A stretch of 59,421 nucleotides of DNA, filler included, from Porpidia crustulata (Eukaryota), in the NCBI GenBank assembly GCA_964255105.1. It is 7 parts of 7 records of this genome, joined end to end, with 100 filler letters (N's around TTAATTAATTAA, not from the genome) between each part and the next. Parts side by side here need not be neighbours in the genome. Positions count along the whole stretch, not along the records: positions 51,036 to 59,421 come from CAXUWE010001128.1; 6 more parts are not named here. One strand, 5' to 3'. The translations under genes and the position numbers were made by a program. The first letter of the stretch is position 1; every line of letters starts with the position of its first letter. This document shows, in pieces, positions 51,700-59,421 of the stretch. The notes below the pieces were generated by a model, which was given only the letters and a program-made list of their open reading frames with translations, was not told where the DNA came from and made no database searches.

Positions 51700-53340
51700 T
51701 CAAGCCTTCTTTGGTACCCATACAGTCTGCGAGTTACACCACTGCTTCAATCCTACAAGTCCCCATTCCGATCCTAGGCCACTCCACTTGTGTCCACCAT
51801 ACGGCACGTGGGCTTGCACCTCAAAATGCATATTCACCCATACGCTACCTGCCTCAAGTCTTCGTGCCATGCCTTCGGCACGCTTCAGATCCGAACTCCA
51901 TACTGAAGCACCGAGGCCGAATTTTGAATCATTAGCGCGGGCAATAACCTCATCGTCGTCTTTCCACTTGAGTAAGGGGAAAATTGGACCGAACGGTTCT
52001 TCCTGGACAATGCGCGAGTTGTCCGGCGGATTATCGATGATGGTCGGCGTTATGAAATAACCCTTGCCTCCTTTTTCGTTGGTACCACCAAAGACTGCAT
52101 GTTGCGACTCTTTAGCAATGTCATCAAAGAAAGACTGGACTTTTTCGCTTTGATTGCGGTTCTGAAGAGGGCCAATGTAGCTGTCGTGCTCGATGCCAGG
52201 ACCCACTTTAAGATTCTTGGAATATTCGACGAGTGCATCACGGAATTTATCATATATTGAATCGTGGATGTAAACACGCTTGATAGCCATGCAAATCTGA
52301 CCAGAGTTGATAAAGCAGAGTTGTGCAACCTGAACGATGTCAGCTTGGCTCACACCGAAGGGGAAAAGACGCCATTCGAAGGTACGTGATAGTAGCCATT
52401 AAGATGCTTCGGGATCGGAAGATTGAGGAACCTACCGGAGGCACAACTTTTTCAAAGTCAACATCCTCACAGACGATGGCTGCATCGTTCCCGCCCAGTT
52501 CTAGCGTTACCCGCTTCAGGGTTTTACTGCAGCTTTCCATTACCTTTCTCCCAACAGCGATCGAGCCGGTGAAGCTTATCTTGTCAATATCAGGATGAGC
52601 GGTGCACAACGGTCCCAATTCGTGGCCTCCGCTGAGCGCCTGGATAACACCGGGAGGGAAAAAGTCCATCGCCAATTCTATAAGTTTCAGGCCACAATAA
52701 GGTGTATCCGGCGAAGGTTTGACTATGATGGTATTTCCTGAATACACGGCCGGCGCTATCTTTCCCCATGCCAGTAATAGAGGATAGTTCCAGGGAACCA
52801 ATGCGCAGCCAACCCCAATGGGAACGTATCTAACGATTGCGGAACGGTCCTCTGTGTCTTCAACAATCTCTTCGAGAAGCTGGAGATTGGGTGTATGTCG
52901 TATCATCCTCATTGTTCGATTGAATTCATCTTGGGCAAGGCCATAAGCTTTTCCTTGCTCCGCGATCAATAAATTGACAAAGTCCTCCCGATACGTCTCG
53001 AGGGCATCGCCGTAAGCGAGAAGCCTCTTTCGCCGATCCTCAAAAGTGGTCTGAGACCAGGTCTTGTAAGCTTTCTTTGCGGCTGCTACAGCACTGTCCA
53101 GATCTTTCTGAGTGGAGAGCGGAACGCTCGGATTGGGCTCGCCTGTGGCTGGATTCACCCCATTTCGAGTTTCCTCCGTTGCCGTCAGCTGTCCATTGAT
53201 TACATTGCGAAATGTCTGAAAATCAGCAGAATGTTAGATTAACCAACATGGACAGGTATGTTCGTTATCATGAGAGAGAGACTTGCGGTGAAATTCAGCT
53301 TGGAGTGGGGTTGCGGGTTTGTTTCCACTGCGGAAGGCAT
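51700..53340 (-). CDS. Aldehyde dehydrogenase
   Basis: VPWNYP, FTGS, LELGGND, catalytic Cys in NSGQICMA, and EEPFGP. Exon 1 MPSAVETNPQPHSKLNFT is joined by a GC-AG intron at 53286-53216. Intron 2 is at about 52434-52330. Confidence 0.92.
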
Positions 53341-55576
53341 AGTCGATCTATCGTTGTATTCTTGAGAGAGGATGAGCTGTTTGGTAAGAAGAAATGACGG
53401 GGAGCATGCGGAAGAGAGAGCAATCCAAATGTCAATACATCGGACTTTGCCGTTGGAGGGTGTGACGACTTATCCGGCTCCCTTTAGCCTGAAAGAGTGA
53501 AAGACTACACTAAAGTGAATACAGGCGTCGGCGTTGCCTCCCCTGCCAATGGCACACAATTGCTCATCAACAGACTACTGCGGGAGCTTGCGGCTGCAAG
53601 ACAGGCACAGAAATTGAGTAACGTGGCAGGTGGTACAGTGGTAACCAGGTTGCCAGGTACGTGACCCTACTTGACTTCTCCTTTTACCATGTAATACGAC
53701 CTAAGGAATATTCCATCTTCAGGGGTCTAGAACTTCAAGGGGTTGTTAATATGTTTTAATTAAATGATTTCTAACAATCTAAAGTCGGATGCTGGACACA
53801 AGAGAGTCGAGGAAGAAGGGGATGTTCATCTTATCACAGGCCTCGACCCCGCAATTGCGTTAGATTACCAGATGCCGTTCGAGCGTACAAGGCTACCGGT
53901 ATCTATCAAGTAACGCCGCTGAACTGTAGCCATTAGAGGTCGACGGCTCTTGGTTCGTTCCAATAGTGTGATTCGTATGATTCGTATGGTTCGTATTGAA
54001 GGATGATTGAAGCCAATGATACATAACGAGACACTTACTCCAGTACCCGTACATATTGCCATTGTCCATTCTAAAGCCGTCGTCTTAGTTGATTCTGAGC
54101 ACAGGTTCTATAACTCAAAGAGCAAGATACGTCGACCAATCGTATAAGAGGTCTAATCTACTGGCATTCGCGGTGCGGACATGGCAATTTGTTGGTCGAC
54201 CAATGTCGTTGTGCATCATCGAGGCGCGGATCATGTTATACAGTGTGATCCACTACGAACCCAGCAAGTTCACGACAGACTTCATAGTTTGCTTCAAGGT
54301 CCACTGATAGGAATGCTTGATGTGGCCATTGTCGTGGATCTGTGATATGATCCTTGGTTGAACCTCGCACATTGTCATACAAATACTACTCTACGATAGG
54401 ACGTACTGACCAGCAGTAGCACGCTCAGCCAACGATGTGCCTTGACATGGACTACTGATCCTCGACTGTCACTGATGTACAGCTCCAAGTTTGATGCTAC
54501 CAAGTCGTCTTGATAAAATCAAATCTACTTGGTCAATGCTTGCACTGCTCTATGTTCTATGACTTCACTGCATGAAGACCATTGGACAGGATTGTATCGG
54601 CGACCTCGGGCACGTCTTGGCAGCCTTACAAGGAGATACATATCACATTTATATTGCGTTTTAGAATCGTGTTTATTATCGCAGTACAGATCCACTTACT
54701 GTAATTGGTCACTCCAGCTTCCAAAGAGGCCATAGCGCAGGCCTAGGATACCAATTAAAGCGCCGCGGCAAAATCTAGAGATCCTAGGAACAAAATTCAA
54801 TACGCTGCAGGAAACCATCTTCAATAGTATCGTGCATTACTTCCCAAAGCTTCTGGCGCTCGCAGAATAGCCAAGGAAATGCAGCCCTGGCGACCACATC
54901 GTATGCATGTCTTTTCGGGATCCAGCGAGCCGATCCAGGGTTTTTCAAGCCACCCTGATAAATTAGGATGTTCTTGCTCACTGGCAACACTACTCTAACG
55001 TACCTTGTGCACAGGTTATGGTCCACGGACGCCGGGGATGCTCCATCGAATATTCCCTGCGATATGGATCATCCTCGTTGAGTGCCGCAATAGAGACTAA
55101 GACGCTAGAATCTGCATGGAAGGCATCCAACGGTCGACCAAATAAGCGTTCTGGTCACCGAGGAAAATATGGGGAAGTCCCTGCACCACGGGAGTTGGCC
55201 TATCTCTTTATTCGGAAGGCTTTTCTTGGGTGCCTCTGACGTACACGCTTTATTTCTTATGCGTGATTCGTCCAGACGCAGTACTGCGGGGACAAAGTCT
55301 GTACCTGGCGGCTAGCTGCAAGCCGGTCCCGCCACTATCAAGTAAGCTCTTTATCAACATTCGTTAGTCGAGCTCTTATGCAAGAAAGTTACCCGATATT
55401 CTTACCTTGGAAGTTCTGCAAAGGTATGCCAATTCATCTAGATTGCAGTGCAGCTCCCGAACAATTATTTCTCTCACTCGTCCCACTCATTCGGACGTTG
55501 AGATATTCAACGGCATTCTGTCTTATGGAAAGACTCTACCCTCCTCTACCTTCTGTGCCCACATTAAGCGAACGCT

Positions 55577-57010
55577 ATGTCTGAAAACTTCGTCGCAGAA
55601 TTCTTCAGCCTTCTTGGAATAGCTTTGCTAGTCATTTCTCTGCGCATCGCTGCCCGGGTTTCGCTTCTTGGAATTCGGAGGCTTCAATTGGATGATTATC
55701 TGATGCTCTTGGCGGGAGTTAGGGACCTTTTCAATCAGTCTCTTGTGAACGAGCTGACCTGGGATACGTGCAGTGCCTCTATTCCGCCGAGACCGTTGCT
55801 GCTTACTATGTCCTGGTATATCAAGGCCTTACCATTGGTAGCATGACCGAAGAGCAGAGAGCAACTCTTGACCCCAATTCCCAAGAATACCACTATAGAG
55901 TTTGGGGATCGAAGACTCAATTGATGGGCTGGGTGGTTTATACAGTCCTCCTTTGGACGTTAAAAACATGCATGTTGATTTTCTATTCTAGATTAACGTA
56001 AGGCTTTTCTTATTTCCATTCCTCGTCCAATCCATCCGAGTCACAGGAAATTAGCAAGCAATCGCTCACTGAAGGGTTCACAGGGATAACGTCAGTAACA
56101 TGGCAATTCGAATCAAGATCGGGATTTTTATACTTCCCATAACTTTCCTGGCTGTCGTCTGCGTTATATTGTTCGGATGCTCTCCGGTTCAAAAGCATTG
56201 GCAGGTCTATCCGGACCCAGGAGGTATGCTGCCACCAAATTATTGTATCGTTTCAATCATGACGACTGATACACTTCGACAGGTGTCTGCTACCCAGCGC
56301 ACTCGTTCCCTTCTTTGTACACATTAATCGTTCTGAATGTCTCGACTGACTTCTATTTAATGTATATCCCATTACCGGTAAGTTACTTTCATTTATAATG
56401 AACAGGAAACGAGATCTAATCGGAACTCGTCCAGATGATTTTGAAAGCACGTCTTCCAACTAAAAAGAAAATTGGACTCATCGCCATGTTCACTGGCGGT
56501 ATCGCTGCCACAGTAGCAGGCTTTCTCCGATGTATCCTGATCATCGTAGTAAGTTCAGTGATTTCACAAACCTTGGCTGCCTTGCTGACACTACCGTATT
56601 CTGGTCCAAGAGGGGCTCAACAGGCCGGTTCCTGGTCATGTCGAGAATCCTTCATCGCTGTCTGCGTCAGTAATATTCCGGTCATCTATCCATCAGTCAC
56701 GCGTATCTTCCACCGAATTGGCTCGGGTTCCTCGTTTTCAAAACTGTCCGGACCCGCCCATAGCTATCAACTGGGCCCGACAAAGGAGGCCGGCCGGCGC
56801 AAGAATCATTCCCCATACTCAATACCGAACGACACAGTACGATCAAGCAGCGATCGGATCGCCATGGTTCCGAACGCCTCGACCAAGATTGAGACGGGCG
56901 ATCACAAGCATTCGGGACAAGCGCCGGGCGAAAAGGATATCAGGGTTTTGACGGAGATTGACGTGGAGTCGTTGCAGGACCATGAGACCGCCAAGGGAGT
57001 GGCACTTTGA
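55577..57010 (+). CDS. PTH11-like integral membrane protein (fungal GPCR-like family, no CFEM domain)
   Basis: LRIAAR...LDDYLM, LWTLKTCMLIFYSRLT, CSPVQKHWQVYPDPG, NVSTDFYLMYIPLP and WSCRESFIAVCVSNIP motifs. About five introns. Confidence 0.85.
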
Positions 57011-58057
57011 GTGTTGGTCAGCATGAGTTAGGAGTTGTCACGGCGTACAGTGGGCGAGAGAAGTTGGGAGGTTTTGTACATCATCATTGAGAATTTGAAC
57101 TGGTTGATATTTGAAAAAGCACTGGCTGATTTAACCGCATGATTTGGCCAAGCCAGTCATGCATTTTACCGTGGAATCCGATGGATCATGGATATAACAT
57201 TCCAGGATTTAAATTCACAATCCAAGCGTGAATTTGCGAGTCTTTCACTGCGGTGACATCTCCGCACAAAGGCTGAGAGACCAATATCATTATTTCGTGC
57301 TATTTCGGCTGTCTGATCTCTAGCGGGCTGTTAATTACAGTTCGGGCGTATTTTAATAGCTTCCCCTTGTCACCCCACGTGCCCACCCAATCATCTCGCC
57401 ATTCTTTCTCGTCTCTTCTCTTCAGGCTCGATACAACATTTCACGAGTGTTTACTCTCACGCAATTACTTCCTGCGCGATGTAATGAGGCGAATATCCGG
57501 CGAGGTCGTTGACAGACTGTCACGCCGCACGTGTACATTGCGGCTGACGAGGCACGACGACGCCGTCGCCAACCGACCAATCTAGGCTGAGACGTTGCTA
57601 GGCAGGGAGTCAATCGGTAGTGCTGACACGCTTGGGGAAAGCTCCAGACTGTAATCGACTGCTCAGGTAGCTTTCTGGTTCAGCCATTGTGCTTTAGATA
57701 GCTGGGCCACAAATGCTACGGTCAAGACGGTTAGAACATCATGGCTTCGACGCCGCACCCGCTGCACGCCTGGAACTATCGCAGCGTTCACAACGCATTG
57801 CTGACGCTGTTGGTACTCGGTGATTAGACGGCGATGTGCTACTTAATACTGTCTGAATTCCTCGGCATTAATGGGATTGTGATTTCTGTCGCTTTGATAT
57901 TGCTCAAACATTTTTTATTTAGGCCGTCGCCTTGTCTATCAGTCTCAAGGTGGTGTTGATCTACCTGTTTCATTCACCGGGATATCACTCAACAGATATC
58001 CATCCTTCTACTCTTACATCTACTATCCCCCTACGTAAAATACAACAGCTACCCAGT

Positions 58058-59349
58058 ATGGGTTCATTGGGAACGAATATGCCCATTGAAACAATCAAGG
58101 ACTTGGCGTTGGATGTTGCGAAAAACACTGCCATAGTAGAACAGTATCTCTCTAGAAACAACCTGCCTCCACCGACCTTTGGTATTGACGCGCCGAGTGG
58201 ATCATTGATTCCACGAGATGCCGTTGACATCGAAGCGGCGCGAGTGGCTGTCATTGAAGCAACGTTGAAGCTTCGAAATCTTATGCTTGGGCCAAGGGAG
58301 TATCTCCAAAGCTTTGCGGTACATCTCTCGATGCTCTTCATGAAATAGTGAAGAGACTGATCTCTACTCGTTCAGCACAATGATCTCCTCAGTATGCAAG
58401 CTATCAGCCAGTTCAAAATTGCTTCTACTTTCCCCGTCGGCGAGGAAGCCTCCTTCGGCCAGATATCGAAAGCTTGCGGGTTGAACGAGTCTGATCTTCG
58501 CCGACTCCTGCGCCACGCAACGACGAAGCATATTTTCATTGAGCCTCGAAAAGGGTACGTCGGTCACACGGCAGCATCCAAGCTATTGGCAGAAGATCAG
58601 CAAATGTCGGATTGGGTGGGTGCAAGCACGGGTGAGCTATGGCAAGCCGCATCGCAAACCATCAATGCCATGGTGAAATTTCCTGGATCTCAAGAGCCAA
58701 ACCAAACGGTACAAAATCTTGACTATTTTACCAGCCTTTACTGACAGCATTCCGGACAGGGGTTCGCCGTTGCGAATCAGACAGACAAGTCAATGTTTGA
58801 GGAACTCTCACAATATCCAGAACGAGCGAAACGATTCGGAAGCGCCATGAGTACATATAGTAAGGGTGCCGGATATGAGCCAAGGCACCTGGCCGACAAT
58901 TACCCTTGGGCAGACTTCCAGAATGGATTGGTCGTCGACGCAAGTCCCCACCCTGAACTCAAATTTCCTCCACACTACTAACCGTCCTTCCCAGGTCGGA
59001 GGCTCCCTTGGCGACATCTGCATCCACCNNNNNNNNNNTCCAAATTCCCCACCCTCCACTTCATCGTCCAGGATCTCCCCGCCGTAGTCACCAACGCATC
59101 TTCAAGAGTACCCAAAGACCTATCCACCCGCGTGACTCTCATGCCCCACGACTTCATGACCGAGCAACCGGTCAAAGGCGCCGACGTCTACCTCCTCCGC
59201 TGGGTCCTCCACAACTGGTCCGACAAAAACTGCCACAGGATCCTGCGCAACTTGATCCCGGCCCTGAAGCGCGGCGCCAGGGTTTTGGTGCAGGATAATT
59301 GCCTGCCGGAGCCGAATTCGCTTTCGTATACCGAGGAGGCAAAATTGAG
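58058..59349 (+). CDS. SAM-dependent O-methyltransferase (methyltransferase_2 type), 3' truncated
   Basis: Winged-helix region (LRRLLRHA...GHTAAS), VVD|VGGSLG, VQDLP, HDFM and YLLRWVLHNWSD motifs. Introns at about 58319-58375, about 58708-58759 and 58940-58994 (GC-AG). The last intron runs off the window. Confidence 0.9.
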
Positions 59350-59421
59350 GTAGCGTTGCCATCATATCTTCTCCCGCACCAATTTTTTTCCCTCGACCCC
59401 GTGTGACCTAGTCCTACTAAC

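Overview
Intron-rich genomic DNA from a filamentous ascomycete (Pezizomycotina-type GT-AG introns with CTRAY branch sites). The window is not one locus. It is seven contigs joined by identical 100-nt spacers (N-run, TTAATTAATTAA, N-run), and their lengths fall monotonically (8426, 8425, 8409, 8394, 8391, 8390, 8386 bp). They were therefore size-sorted, and adjacency across a spacer has no biological meaning. Contig 1: MSS51 head-to-head with RSE1/SF3B3, then an SDR. Contig 2: secreted GMC oxidoreductase, small secreted Cys protein, SDR, RIP-like relic. Contig 3: orphan ORF, divergent Ctr copper transporter and ferric/cupric reductase, CRY-DASH (partial). Contig 4: conserved hypothetical gene, NRT2 nitrate transporter. 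Contig 5: SreA GATA factor, TVP15-like gene, SDR. Contig 6: TOR kinase. Contig 7: ALDH, PTH11-like membrane protein, O-methyltransferase (partial). The main signals not explained by the ORF track are: (1) a TA-flanked MITE family carrying telomere-like TTAGGG/CTAGGG hexamers, with three copies on three contigs; (2) a box C/D snoRNA in an RSE1 intron with a guide for 18S Am541; (3) a structured RSE1 intron 1 with a non-consensus branch site; (4) two GC-AG introns and one intron whose acceptor reads AT instead of AG. Exon boundaries were read by eye and no database searches were run.
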